This document shows, one piece after another, positions 44,173 to 54,148 of a DNA stretch of 60,408 nucleotides (the first letter of the stretch is position 1; each line of letters begins with the position of its first letter). Both the position numbers and the translations under genes were made by a program. The notes under the pieces are model-generated. The model made no database searches, had not been told where the DNA came from, and worked only from the letters and a program-made list of their open reading frames with translations. The stretch is taken from IMG/VR virus record IMGVR_UViG_3300045988_104258, one strand, 5' to 3'. The DNA is from a virus.

Positions 44173-44658
44173 TTAGTGCATCGCCGCACTCATTTTTGCC
44201 AGCAGCCCCGCGATACCATCCTTGGTCTGCGCAGCCACCTGATTCAGCTCTTTCAACACCTTGGCATAAGCGCCAGCATCCTCGTTGGTTTCATCCGGCT
44301 TACACCACTTCTTAAAGACCTTATGGAACCGGGTATCGTTGCAAGCCATCTTTTTGCAAATGGCCAGAGCGAGGCCCTTTTCCTTATCGAAAATATCATC
44401 AGGCCCGCACTTCACCACCGTCTTGGTATTGTCAGACCAGAAGACAATCGTTGCCGGATCATTGAAGATGACTTTGCGGATGCTGACATTGCACATACCA
44501 AACCGCACAATATCATTCTTTTCAGCACGCTCCGTAGACTGGCGGGAGTAGTCAATTGCCATCGCAGTATAAATAGCCCTTGTGGGTTCATGATTGGACA
44601 TAAGCATCACTGGGGGCAACTCAGGGCACGCGTTCCAATTCCAAGCATCTTTTTCCAT
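44173..44658 (-). CDS. Hypothetical protein
   Basis: 161-aa ORF abutting the replicase. Confidence 0.4.
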   Translation of the reverse strand: MEKDAWNWNACPELPPVMLMSNHEPTRAIYTAMAIDYSRQSTERAEKNDIVRFGMCNVSIRKVIFNDPATIVFWSDNTKTVVKCGPDDIFDKEKGLALAICKKMACNDTRFHKVFKKWCKPDETNEDAGAYAKVLKELNQVAAQTKDGIAGLLAKMSAAMH

Positions 44659-47600
44659 TTATCTCACCTCATAATTTCTTGCAGCTTCGTCCTGAATATC
44701 ACCCCAGGGTAAATCAGGCTTCTGCCAAGGTGGCATTCCACCATCATCCGATACGAACCATTCCAGGTCGCCGTACTGAGCAATAGTGTCCGCCGCCTCA
44801 TCAACCATCTTGTCGAAATAAGAGCGGTCAATGCTATCCTCCAGATGGAGGTTATAGACCATCTCACTTTCCAACCAGCGGTAGTCTTTGGCTCCAGTGA
44901 CCGAATTGTATTTCGTCTCACCATCGTCTCGAACACCCGCTTCACGCATCAGCAGCGCTCCTCCGCATCCGGGTTTGATAGGACAGAACTGACCAACACG
45001 CCCCACGAAAATATAATTGTGCTCGTCTTCGGGCAGAGCCTCGTTTTTATCGAGGTAGATTGCGCCCTTAGATACCGACTTGGTTTCGCAAAGGTCGTCG
45101 AACACAATATCTTCGTGGGAGAAAAGTGTTTTAAACACATACGGCACCTGAAACTGAGCACCAGTCGCAGTCCAATGACCGCCCTTCTTCTCGTTCTTTT
45201 CAGGAATATAGCCGTACTGTGCCTTTGCTGTATCTGCATCGAGATACTTTGCAATATAAACGGCGTTGTTCACAAGGCACATTTTTTCGTATGTAGCCTC
45301 ATGCTCAAACGTGTACCCGTACTTTTTCGCAAAATCCATGCAGAAGTCGATGATTTCAGGCGTTGCATCCGGAATCTTGATAGAGTCCGTCTTGATGTGC
45401 GCCACCGTGAAACCACGCTGCTGCACCTCGTCCTGCAGAGTGCGCATAAATAAAGCCCCTCGAAGCGCCACAATGTTATTGGCGTTCTTGGGGTTGCGGA
45501 ATGGATTATCAAAGGTTGCACTGGTCAGGCCGTAAACCGAGTTGATAGCGATTTTCAGAGCCTGCGCCAACGCTTTCGCCTGTGCGGGGTCATCCAAATA
45601 TTTGGACAACTTACCGCCAAAGAGCTTCTTGGCCTTGTCGTACTCACCATGTTTTACATAGATACGTACATCCATCAGGTCATTGAAGTTCTTGGTGTAG
45701 TCGCCAAAGTAGTTTAGAGCGACGGCCGAGTGTGGGTGCAGAGAGGCAACGTCCAGCAGGGCGATGTTGTAGTACATACCGGGTTCGGCATAGACATAAC
45801 CGCCAAGGCCCAAATCAGTACCACGGAACATATTGTGCATTCGACCATCTTCGCCTCTGACCCACTCATAACCCGGGAAGGCGTTGATGATATTCTTGTC
45901 GGTCAGAATATCAGGCTCGACTTCTACCACCGAATCGGACTTACCCGTAGCTAAATCTGTATAGACTAGCTGAGGATGCTTTTCCTTGCCGAAAATAATG
46001 CGCGTGGTCAGGCTGTTGGTAGTGTCGTTGACGGTCATCCCAGCAACATCTGCCAGAATTTCACGCGCAACAAAGTCGGCCTTTCGATCTTTGGAGTTGA
46101 ACACTGCTTCGGTGGCGATAACGTCATTGTCGCAATACTCCGCGACCTGTTCCCATTTCTCTTCGGGCACCGGCTGGTTCCAAGGTAAGCCGAGTTCCTG
46201 ATGATGGATACCCAACTCAATCTCGAACTTTTTCAGGCTCTGTTTTTTCGACGAGAAGTCGAAAATATCCGTGTAGGACAGGTTATAGGCCTCACCAAAG
46301 AAGCCCATATGATCATTGATAATACGGTTCGACAGCGCGTACAACTGCTCCGTATTCCAGCCAAGCATACAGGCCCAAAGCATGTGGTTATCATATTTGC
46401 GGTTATTGAAACCAATCAGACGATACTGTGTCAGCTTCTCAATATCCGTAGAGCTAGGGTTGATCAACCGATTCACCGGCTTGTCCTCACCGGCAAATTT
46501 CCAGTTGACCAAAAAGAGATTCGGAAACACCTCACAGTCAAAAAATACGATGGGTGCTTTCTCACCGTCATCAACCTGCGATTCAACATCCTCTCTTGAC
46601 TTGAAGTGCATCTTTGCCGTAATCTTCAAGCAGGCATCGGCCTGGTTTGTGCTGTTTACAGCAAAGGCCAGAATCGCATTGCGCATATCGTCCACATTAT
46701 AGGGAATCCCACTCTCGTAGGCTTCATCCATAATATGAGCGATAAAGTCAATGCTGGGTTTAGTATAGGGACTGATTTCTTTTGCGAGGGCTTTCTTAAT
46801 GAGTACCCGCAGGTGCTTCTCATTTTGAATCTGCTTCACATCGACCATTGCTTTTTCTCCCTTCAACGGCAAGCCGCTGCTGATTTTGGCAACCGGAATA
46901 TCATTGCACTTGGTCAGCATTCTTCTCAGCGAAGAATTTCCGGTGAACACCTTGACCTCAATATGCTCATCGTATACACGGCTCAGTTTGCTTGCGTCCC
47001 CTGTGTAAATGTAGTGCAAGTGGATTCCTGCACCAGATTTACTCAGTTCTGCGTAGGTAGCAGGCCACTTGGACGCTGCCTCCAGATTTCGCTCAAAGCA
47101 TTTCTTGCCATCGTCGCCCGGAATGTCAAAGTCAATGACGATGTGGGTTTCAGGGACTTTGACATAGTGGAGCTTAGAAGTAAGAATATCTTTGAGCAGC
47201 GTTTTGACATTCTCCCACTTTTGCGTAGGAGTGCCATTTTCGTTCGCATACTGCGCAGGACAGTCCTTGCAAATATCATCAAAGAGAGAATGCTGTGATT
47301 TCAGATCAATCCATGACTTGGATGGCTCCTCCTTTGAAGCTGCTTCTGCAGGTGCGGGGTCGGCAAATTCTTTGAACTTGTCTGCTTTGAATCCACTGTA
47401 GTAGCTTCGCACTCGTTCGCCATTCACATCTTCTGCGCGTTCCTTGTAATCCGCAAAGTAGTTCATCAGCTCTTCACGGAATGCACGCATCGAATACGGA
47501 TAGACAACCTTTGCTCGCTGGTTATACTCGTCATACATCGCCCATGCACGCTTCAGGGAAATACCGTCTTCTTTCTTGAAAATATAATACCGGTCGAGCA

Positions 47601-48666
47601 TGAAGTTATAGAAGTCATTGGAAGCGCCAAGCATTCTTGTCGGAATATAATCATCATAGCGATGTTTATTCCCCTCATAGACCTCCTTGCAGTGCCATGC
47701 AATACCGCCAAGCTCGAAATCGGTCTTGGCATAGAGTTCAGAATATCTTTTCTGAGGGACTTTCTCACCTGTGGGCACCACATCGATCAATCGGCGAATC
47801 AAACCGGACTTCGCATCGGTGATTTTGACAGGCTTGTTTGTGGCGAGAATCAGGAAGCTCTTGAATTGATTGGCATAAGCACTGCGGAACTTCTCATTGA
47901 CCATCATGGTCTCATGAGACACCAATGAATTCAGACGAGTATTGTCCTCGATTTTGGACAGGTTACCTTCATGCTGAATTGCGATCAGAGGGTTCGCCTT
48001 GAAAGCTTCCAGTGAGAATGCATTGGATGCCGAGCCCAGTGCCTGAGAATCGAATGCTGCATAATATCCAGTAAAGAGCTTCTGGATGATGTTCAGCACT
48101 GTGGATTTACCACTACCGGGCGGACCATAGAGAACCATGAACTTCTGAATTGTCTTGGAATCGCCATTGACAATAGAACCGATACACCACTCGATTTTCT
48201 CTCGCTCCTCTGGAGAATAGAGTGTCTGCATCAGCTCATCATAGGCGTCAATGTTCCCCGGTTCCAGCACATAAGGGAGTCTCTTGGACGCATAGCTTTC
48301 CTTTTTGACCGGAGTGTTCGCAAATATCAGCTGTTCATCCAGCGTGTGATAGTTATCCCGCATCTGACGCTGACAATACTTGTGCCAGTTGTCAATCATG
48401 CCCGATTCAGCGTCCCACATATGGAGCACCCGGTAATTATCCAGATGCTCCTTGTGTTCGTTCGTGTAAATATCCAACTCATGGTCAATCAGTTGAAGTG
48501 CATCCTGTTCGTCAATGCTCCACAATCCTCGCTCTTCCAGCCAGATAGCGTAGAAATCAGAACCCCGAATCATCAAGTCCTTGGACTTTTTGATGATGAA
48601 TTTGGGATAGATTTCGATTACACCGCGTTTTCCCGTGCGCGTTGCAATCATCAGGAAATCAATCAT
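44659..48666 (-). CDS. Fusion replicase: D5-like SF3 helicase + AEP primase-like domain + family B DNA polymerase
   Basis: Walker A LYGPPGSGKST. AEP motifs HIVIDFD and SGAGIHLHYIY. PolB ExoI FFDCEVF, ExoIII YCDNDV, motif A LDVASLHPHS, motif B KIAINSVYG, motif C HIKTDSI. Confidence 0.75.
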   Translation of the reverse strand: MIDFLMIATRTGKRGVIEIYPKFIIKKSKDLMIRGSDFYAIWLEERGLWSIDEQDALQLIDHELDIYTNEHKEHLDNYRVLHMWDAESGMIDNWHKYCQRQMRDNYHTLDEQLIFANTPVKKESYASKRLPYVLEPGNIDAYDELMQTLYSPEEREKIEWCIGSIVNGDSKTIQKFMVLYGPPGSGKSTVLNIIQKLFTGYYAAFDSQALGSASNAFSLEAFKANPLIAIQHEGNLSKIEDNTRLNSLVSHETMMVNEKFRSAYANQFKSFLILATNKPVKITDAKSGLIRRLIDVVPTGEKVPQKRYSELYAKTDFELGGIAWHCKEVYEGNKHRYDDYIPTRMLGASNDFYNFMLDRYYIFKKEDGISLKRAWAMYDEYNQRAKVVYPYSMRAFREELMNYFADYKERAEDVNGERVRSYYSGFKADKFKEFADPAPAEAASKEEPSKSWIDLKSQHSLFDDICKDCPAQYANENGTPTQKWENVKTLLKDILTSKLHYVKVPETHIVIDFDIPGDDGKKCFERNLEAASKWPATYAELSKSGAGIHLHYIYTGDASKLSRVYDEHIEVKVFTGNSSLRRMLTKCNDIPVAKISSGLPLKGEKAMVDVKQIQNEKHLRVLIKKALAKEISPYTKPSIDFIAHIMDEAYESGIPYNVDDMRNAILAFAVNSTNQADACLKITAKMHFKSREDVESQVDDGEKAPIVFFDCEVFPNLFLVNWKFAGEDKPVNRLINPSSTDIEKLTQYRLIGFNNRKYDNHMLWACMLGWNTEQLYALSNRIINDHMGFFGEAYNLSYTDIFDFSSKKQSLKKFEIELGIHHQELGLPWNQPVPEEKWEQVAEYCDNDVIATEAVFNSKDRKADFVAREILADVAGMTVNDTTNSLTTRIIFGKEKHPQLVYTDLATGKSDSVVEVEPDILTDKNIINAFPGYEWVRGEDGRMHNMFRGTDLGLGGYVYAEPGMYYNIALLDVASLHPHSAVALNYFGDYTKNFNDLMDVRIYVKHGEYDKAKKLFGGKLSKYLDDPAQAKALAQALKIAINSVYGLTSATFDNPFRNPKNANNIVALRGALFMRTLQDEVQQRGFTVAHIKTDSIKIPDATPEIIDFCMDFAKKYGYTFEHEATYEKMCLVNNAVYIAKYLDADTAKAQYGYIPEKNEKKGGHWTATGAQFQVPYVFKTLFSHEDIVFDDLCETKSVSKGAIYLDKNEALPEDEHNYIFVGRVGQFCPIKPGCGGALLMREAGVRDDGETKYNSVTGAKDYRWLESEMVYNLHLEDSIDRSYFDKMVDEAADTIAQYGDLEWFVSDDGGMPPWQKPDLPWGDIQDEAARNYEVR

Positions 48667-48701
48667 TGGTAACTGACTTCCTCCTTTCTACGAGGTCTGT
48701 A

Positions 48702-48989
48702 TCAGACATCTTTTTTCGTGACACTCGCCTTGCCATCGCAGCAAATGTCCTTTTCAAACTGCATCTCTGCGAGTTCTGCTTCGGCAGCATCGGCGCGTTC
48801 CTTTTCAGCCTTGTGCTTCTTCTCGCTTTCATCCAGCATCTTGCAGGCAGTCCAGAACAGGCCAATGGTGCCTACCAGCAGCAGGTTCTTGCCGAAAAGC
48901 TTGCCCCTCTGGCGGCGAATCACCTTCTGGGCGGCATCCAGTGCCAGCTGAGTCTGTGCGAGTTCGTAATAAATGTTATTCATAGTCAC
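48702..48989 (-). CDS. Hypothetical coiled-coil/TM protein
   Basis: 95-aa ORF. Confidence 0.35.
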   Translation of the reverse strand: MTMNNIYYELAQTQLALDAAQKVIRRQRGKLFGKNLLLVGTIGLFWTACKMLDESEKKHKAEKERADAAEAELAEMQFEKDICCDGKASVTKKDV

Positions 48990-49139
48990 TTTTCCTCCAA
49001 TAATTAAGGTCTGCCAAAATCAGCCGACCAATGTGTTCGGTATTCCTACATGCTGTAATTCGCATCAAAACGACGGAATCATGGAGAACTTGCTCTATTA
49101 CACCTTCCATCGGGATGCATATTTTCGATACGTACACCA

Positions 49140-49691
49140 TCACATGTTGCTTTCGTTGAGATACGCCATCAGCTGATACCAAATATCTAACTGTCGCATA
49201 TCCACGTTCGGGCTTATTAAAGTAAAGAGCCCACCAGCTCCATTCGGCTGATAGGCTCTCTGATTGAAACGGTCGATGATAAATTGAGCGCGACCCTCGT
49301 TGAACCGAGCATCATCCATAGCTGCCAGCCCAAGACTAACAACCATGTTCCAGAACCATTGCCCCACTCGGTTTCCTGCTTCAGAATCTGCCATGATATG
49401 CTCTTCGATGCGGATGGAAAGCCCCACCATCATCTCCAACATGCTGCATGACATCCCGCTCGTTGCACTGTTCAACGCTGCATACGGGATACTTTTTTCC
49501 TGAGCGAATCGGTAGCGCAGGTCTCGCCCATCTTCAGCACGACTCGCATCCATCTCACAGGATGGAATAAAGTCTTGCTGAAATAAAAACGCAAGCAGCT
49601 TATGGAAAGAAAGATTTCTGGGCTCCCATCTTCCGCAAACTGTTTCACGCAGCCAGTCAAAATACTGACTGGTCATATCGTTAAATATCAT
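49140..49691 (-). CDS. Hypothetical conserved phage protein
   Basis: 183-aa ORF. Confidence 0.4.
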   Translation of the reverse strand: MIFNDMTSQYFDWLRETVCGRWEPRNLSFHKLLAFLFQQDFIPSCEMDASRAEDGRDLRYRFAQEKSIPYAALNSATSGMSCSMLEMMVGLSIRIEEHIMADSEAGNRVGQWFWNMVVSLGLAAMDDARFNEGRAQFIIDRFNQRAYQPNGAGGLFTLISPNVDMRQLDIWYQLMAYLNESNM

Positions 49692-50230
49692 TCATACTCC
49701 TCTCCGGAGTCAGGATACAAGTCCGCATACTTATTGCGCACCTTCAGAACTTCGTAGTCCTTCCGGTAGTTGTGATTGCGGACATGGACAAGATCAGGCT
49801 CTTCTGCTCCAAAATTATCCAGAGCCTTAGGGCCAATCACCTTTTCAATGTCCTCTACCCTGCTCCCATCACTATCATAAGTCAGGATGCCGTCTGCATA
49901 GTAGGTCAGGAAGCTGGTTTCGTAATCGTCCTCGTTACCGAACTCGTCGCTCGGAATAATCTCAATAGCCTCCATCGGCTCATGGGTCGGCTTCTCAGAA
50001 TCTTCCTCCTGACGATACGGACCGCTCACGAGATCGTACGCCTTTTCGTTCGACCGCTGCTCGATGGTCGTATCCAGTTCCTGCTCACGCTGCTTAAAAT
50101 GGTTCCGAGCGTCCTCGACCAGCACATCTGCCTGCTTCTTGTAAGTATCGCGCATCAGGAAGTGCATTGTGGCAACACCAGCAGCAAATCCGCCTACAAA
50201 TATCAAGGCATCACGCATCAGTTTTTTCAT
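49688..50230 (-). CDS. Membrane-anchored acidic protein
   Basis: N-terminal TM segment, acidic C-terminus. Confidence 0.4.
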   Translation of the reverse strand: MKKLMRDALIFVGGFAAGVATMHFLMRDTYKKQADVLVEDARNHFKQREQELDTTIEQRSNEKAYDLVSGPYRQEEDSEKPTHEPMEAIEIIPSDEFGNEDDYETSFLTYYADGILTYDSDGSRVEDIEKVIGPKALDNFGAEEPDLVHVRNHNYRKDYEVLKVRNKYADLYPDSGEEYE

Positions 50231-50381
50231 TGGCTTCTTCTCCTTTAATCGTCATCATGGTGAAGGCCAGTCCTCCAAAAAAGAGCGAAACACTCATGAG
50301 GACCCCTCCAACCAGATGCCGCTTTCGTTTCGTGTCGGTCAAATAATCGAGGAATAAAAACACCGATTCTAAACCGTCCAT
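50211..50381 (-). CDS. Small membrane protein
   Basis: Start MDGLESV with SD AAAGGA. Confidence 0.3.
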   Translation of the reverse strand: MDGLESVFLFLDYLTDTKRKRHLVGGVLMSVSLFFGGLAFTMMTIKGEEANEKTDA

Positions 50382-50504
50382 AAATATCCTTTCACTCAGA
50401 AAGGACTGCCAGACCGGATACGAAGCACACTCCGGCCATGGCTGCAAATACATAGGAAAGAGTCTTTACGTATCTGGTCATAGCTTGTCCCTCCAAAATA
50501 TCAG

Positions 50505-51473
50505 TTAGATTTTGTCGATGATAATGCCATCACAGTTGAAGTGCAGAATGACAGAACGCTCCTCGCCACGGAGGAAGCTCTTCAGTGCCTCATCGCTCGA
50601 TTCAAAGCTCGTGAGGCCGAAATCCACATGGTTGTGCAGCGAAGTGTCATTCGGATTGTATACCCAGCCAACGACCTGGCCAGTAGGAGTGCGCAGAGAT
50701 TGACCACCGTGCGTGCCAATCATGGTGAGCACCTCATTCAGGAACAGATGCCCCTGAGAACGCAGTTTCTTGTTCGCTGCAGACTCCATGAGGAGCAGAT
50801 AGTTCCGATTCAGGTCGGCATCCCGCTCCCACGTGTCCACAGTTTCATCGAAAATCAGAGTGCACGGATCATCTGCCTGCTCAGCGATATCCTTGTACTC
50901 TTTGATGACCTCCTCTACACCGTTCTCATCGACCTTCTTGGTTTCAACCTCCACGGCCTTAACGTTCTGCTCCAATTCATGCTGTACCCGCTCGCCAAAG
51001 CGGTCGGCGACGCGGTTCTTATAGCTGTTGAAAGACTGCTCCAGCGCGATGTAGGCAGCCGTCAGCGTTGCATTCCGCTTCGTCATGATATGATGACTGC
51101 CGAACATGCAACCGAGAGATGCTGCGCCCAGGCCAATCGCAGGTGCATACACCTTTGCAAGCTTCATACCGGTCTTAATGTAAGTCGTGGTGATGTCCTT
51201 CGTCAGGTCTTCCTTAGTGTAAGTCTCACCTTCCGACAGCTGAATTTCCCCGGAGTCTACCTTATCTTTAGTCTCGTGGATTTTCTCCACATTTGCCTTG
51301 TGCTCGGCCAGAATATACTGTGCCTTCAGGGTCGCCTTGCAGGCCAGAACGGTTGCAGTTACGCCACCGATTGCAGCACCAACCACCATGATGGTCGGGC
51401 TTGCTTTCTTCAGCTTGAATGCAGTCTTAGACAACATCTGCGTTGCCTTAGTCATGATTTCTTCCTTTTTCAT
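50505..51473 (-). CDS. Membrane-anchored paralogue family member (1 of 3)
   Basis: The N-terminal TM ...PTIMVVGAAIGGVTATVLACKAT.KA and ...APAIGLGAASLGCMFGS......RNATLTAAYIALEQSF..YKNRV are shared with 52869..53642 and 54149..54934. Confidence 0.5.
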   Translation of the reverse strand: MKKEEIMTKATQMLSKTAFKLKKASPTIMVVGAAIGGVTATVLACKATLKAQYILAEHKANVEKIHETKDKVDSGEIQLSEGETYTKEDLTKDITTTYIKTGMKLAKVYAPAIGLGAASLGCMFGSHHIMTKRNATLTAAYIALEQSFNSYKNRVADRFGERVQHELEQNVKAVEVETKKVDENGVEEVIKEYKDIAEQADDPCTLIFDETVDTWERDADLNRNYLLLMESAANKKLRSQGHLFLNEVLTMIGTHGGQSLRTPTGQVVGWVYNPNDTSLHNHVDFGLTSFESSDEALKSFLRGEERSVILHFNCDGIIIDKI

Positions 51474-51492
51474 AAAATATCAGTCCTTTCAA

Positions 51493-52098
51493 TTAGTTCA
51501 GAGGAACAGGTTTCGGAAATACGATAGTGTAACCGCCCGGAACACCCTTGATAGATGCAGGCCCAAGGTCATACCAGCCATACTTGCAGTCCTGATAATC
51601 ACGAGCATCACGGGTAATTCCCACAACATCGTAAAAATCAGCAATCGTGACCTGCCCGTATTCGTGGAGCGCATGGCCCATCTCGTTCAAAACATCATTC
51701 GCATCGGCATAGCTATCGAAGGTGATGTTCTGCCAGTCCAGCCGGTTCGGGCGATAGTTGTTCTGCGGAGGACGGCTCTGGTTTGCATTTGCGTAGTAGC
51801 TGCTATAGCTGTTACGCTGCTGAGAATATCCGCCCGTATTGGTGCGGGAACGGTCGACACCGAACAGTGCGATATTGACCGCAGAGCACACCATGTTCTT
51901 GATGCCGGGCAGAATATAATCCGTCCACAGCTTTTCGCGAATCGTCTGCAGGTCTTCTGCGAGAAAGTTATGCGCCAGCTTCTGGATCTCGCTCTCCTGT
52001 TTGATAGTCACCTTACCGGTCGTGACCTTCTTCAGCTGTTTCTTAGGCGGTTCGCCAGTGGAGTTGATGCTGCTGGAAGGCATTTCGATTTTAGCCAT
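51493..52098 (-). CDS. Hypothetical protein
   Basis: Start MAKIEMP overlaps the upstream stop. Confidence 0.4.
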   Translation of the reverse strand: MAKIEMPSSSINSTGEPPKKQLKKVTTGKVTIKQESEIQKLAHNFLAEDLQTIREKLWTDYILPGIKNMVCSAVNIALFGVDRSRTNTGGYSQQRNSYSSYYANANQSRPPQNNYRPNRLDWQNITFDSYADANDVLNEMGHALHEYGQVTIADFYDVVGITRDARDYQDCKYGWYDLGPASIKGVPGGYTIVFPKPVPLN

Positions 52099-52414
52099 TG
52101 GCCATACCCTCCTCTGCGTACTGGAGAATAGTTTCACCGATTTCCTTTGCGGTCTCAGGCAACCAGGCAGTGCCAAAGGTCTTGCCGGTCGTCTTGTCTG
52201 TAATGCTGATGATAACCTTTTTCACACCCTTGATAGTGGTTCCGGTGTCCACACGGAGCCGGTAATCCTTCAGAATATCCTGATAGTGCTTCTTAAACAT
52301 CACCTTGATGTAAGCCTTATCCCCGGCAACGCCAACAGCCACACCCGCAGCAAAGATGCCACCGATTACTGCAGCCTTTTTCCAGTTGAACTTTTTGTCG
52401 TTTTTCTTTTCCAT
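52091..52414 (-). CDS. Small membrane-anchored protein
   Basis: 107 aa with an N-terminal TM segment. Confidence 0.4.
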   Translation of the reverse strand: MEKKNDKKFNWKKAAVIGGIFAAGVAVGVAGDKAYIKVMFKKHYQDILKDYRLRVDTGTTIKGVKKVIISITDKTTGKTFGTAWLPETAKEIGETILQYAEEGMANG

Positions 52415-52440
52415 GGTAATTCTCCTTTATAAAAATAAAA

Positions 52441-52466
52441 GGAGCCGCAGATTTCCCCACGGCTCC
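52441..52466 (-). terminator. Conserved hairpin, copy T2
   Basis: Plus strand GGAGCCGCAGATTTCCCCACGGCTCC; minus-strand TTTTATTTTTATA follows. Confidence 0.55.
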
Positions 52467-52485
52467 CTTGCGGCTGTCCAACAGA

Positions 52486-52797
52486 TTATTCTTCGTCGGT
52501 TTCCACCACTTCGGTCACTTCTGCTTCGATGGGCTCGTCCTTCGCCTTCTTGCTGTCAATCCAGTTCTTTGCCTTGTAGCACAGCGGAACGAGTACGTGC
52601 TTGCAGAGCAGCTCAGCGCCCTTGTAAGCTGCGGCACCAGCCAGCATGAATACTGCCGTCTTGCCAAATCTACCAGATGCGCTCGAAATCTCCGCATGGT
52701 TCTCGTCCACACTGGGCACCAGGTTATCGACCTCCGGCATTGCATCCGTCAGGTTCTCAGTCATAGCGTCCATGTTGTTCATCATTTCGTTTTCCAT
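52486..52797 (-). CDS. Small acidic membrane protein
   Basis: 103-aa ORF with SD AAAGGAG. Confidence 0.4.
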   Translation of the reverse strand: MENEMMNNMDAMTENLTDAMPEVDNLVPSVDENHAEISSASGRFGKTAVFMLAGAAAYKGAELLCKHVLVPLCYKAKNWIDSKKAKDEPIEAEVTEVVETDEE

Positions 52798-52840
52798 AGT
52801 GATTCTCCTTTAATTAAAATATAAATGTTGGAGTATACCT

Positions 52841-52866
52841 CCATAACAGTCGGTGAAATTTTCGCG
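52841..52866 (-). promoter_or_regulatory. 26-nt promoter-like motif, copy A
   Basis: Minus strand CGCGAAAATTTCACCGACTGTTATGG, 43 nt upstream of the start at 52797. Confidence 0.45.
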
Positions 52867-52868
52867 AA

Positions 52869-53642
52869 TCAATAGCCCAGCCACTTCGGAGGCGTGCTGT
52901 AGTCCAGAACCATGCAAGGCATTCCGTCCTCGTCCAGCTTGGAACTGTAGAATGTTTCAATGGTCAGCGTGGAATCCGTATCCCAGCCCAAAAGGTCGCC
53001 GTTCTTGGTGTGCTCCAGTCCCAGATAATCGAACAGGTCATTCTGGGTCACACGAAAATCGCTCAGGAGTTGCTTGTTCAGGCCGTTCATCGCCCGATCC
53101 AGTGCATTTACGGTCGTCTTGAAATATCTTCCAGAGAAGCTTTCATAGCACTCGACCAGCTGGTCGTAAGATGCGTCGCGGGCTGCCGGTACAATAACCG
53201 GCGTTTCTTCCGGCTGCTTTGCCATCTTATCAAGGGTGATGGTCTGGCGAAGCTCTTTCTCCTTCTCCTCGCCGATGGTTTCCACGACTTTCTCCTGATA
53301 CTGCTTCAGGGCGCTTTCGCTCAGAGAATACGCGGCCGCCAGAGCTGCATTGCGCCGGTCGTTCTCATTCATGGCACCAATCATGCAGCCTGCAGATGCT
53401 ACCATGGAAATCGCCGTAGGAATATAAGCCGGAGCAGCCGTCTTTACGATGGTTTTCACATCCAGCTTCTCCGTGCCAAGTTCCTGCTTCTTCTCATCGA
53501 GCAGGATCATCGCCTTGGGAGTTGCCTTGACGGCGAAAACCACGCTCGTGACCATGCCCGCAATGCTGCCGCAGACCAGGATTTTGGGAAGGTTCTTTGC
53601 AATACCCTTTCCCACTTTCTTGCTAAATGTTTTCAGGTTCAT
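52869..53642 (-). CDS. Membrane-anchored paralogue family member (2 of 3)
   Basis: LPKILVCGSIAGMVTSVVFAVKATPKA ... AAPAYIPTAISMVASAGCMIGA...RRNAALAAAYSLSESALKQYQEKV. Confidence 0.5.
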   Translation of the reverse strand: MNLKTFSKKVGKGIAKNLPKILVCGSIAGMVTSVVFAVKATPKAMILLDEKKQELGTEKLDVKTIVKTAAPAYIPTAISMVASAGCMIGAMNENDRRNAALAAAYSLSESALKQYQEKVVETIGEEKEKELRQTITLDKMAKQPEETPVIVPAARDASYDQLVECYESFSGRYFKTTVNALDRAMNGLNKQLLSDFRVTQNDLFDYLGLEHTKNGDLLGWDTDSTLTIETFYSSKLDEDGMPCMVLDYSTPPKWLGY

Positions 53643-53672
53643 TTTTCATACCTCCGTAAAATATAAAAGAAA

Positions 53673-53696
53673 GAGCCGCAGATTTCTCCGCAGCCC
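53673..53696 (-). terminator. Conserved hairpin, copy T3
   Basis: Plus strand GAGCCGCAGATTTCTCCGCAGCCC; pairs on the minus-strand RNA with two G-U pairs. Confidence 0.5.
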
Positions 53697-53704
53697 TTTG
53701 CTTC

Positions 53705-53920
53705 TTAGTAGAGCTTATCCTCCGCACAATGGCGGTTTTTGTATGCTCCTCTCCTTCTTACCGGAGCAGGGTCATCCGTCAACCAGCTGTAGAGCCGAAT
53801 CGGCTGCAGGAGCAAGTACCAGATCAGCGCATCAAGTGCACTAAGCATCGCTCGCCCCAGCACCTTTAAGGCACCCAGCATCTCAGAATCCACCTGCTTG
53901 AAGTATTCGTGATCGAACAT
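53705..53920 (-). CDS. Small membrane protein
   Basis: Start MFDHEYF with SD GGAGGT. Confidence 0.35.
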   Translation of the reverse strand: MFDHEYFKQVDSEMLGALKVLGRAMLSALDALIWYLLLQPIRLYSWLTDDPAPVRRRGAYKNRHCAEDKLY

Positions 53921-53951
53921 AATTTTTACCTCCAATTCTTTTAGGATTTCT

Positions 53952-53977
53952 CCATAATAGCGTTGGAATTTTTCGCG
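53952..53977 (-). promoter_or_regulatory. 26-nt promoter-like motif, copy B
   Basis: Minus strand CGCGAAAAATTCCAACGCTATTATGG, 31 nt upstream of the start at 53920. Confidence 0.45.
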
Positions 53978-53978
53978 A

Positions 53979-54143
53979 TTAGAGGTTCTTTTCCGACAGC
54001 TGCTTGCGAACTTCTTCCTGAACCATATCCCGCAGGTCGTCCTCGGTCTTCTGGTCCTCGATCAGGTCATGCCCGAAGCCCATGATTGCGCTTGCTGCCA
54101 GCATCGCCATGGATGCAACTTTCCACCAGTTAATGTTCTTCAT
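53979..54143 (-). CDS. Small membrane protein (54 aa, below the ORF-track cutoff)
   Basis: MKNINWWKVASMAMLAASAIMGF...; translated by hand. Confidence 0.3.
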   Translation of the reverse strand: MKNINWWKVASMAMLAASAIMGFGHDLIEDQKTEDDLRDMVQEEVRKQLSEKNL

Positions 54144-54148
54144 AAATA

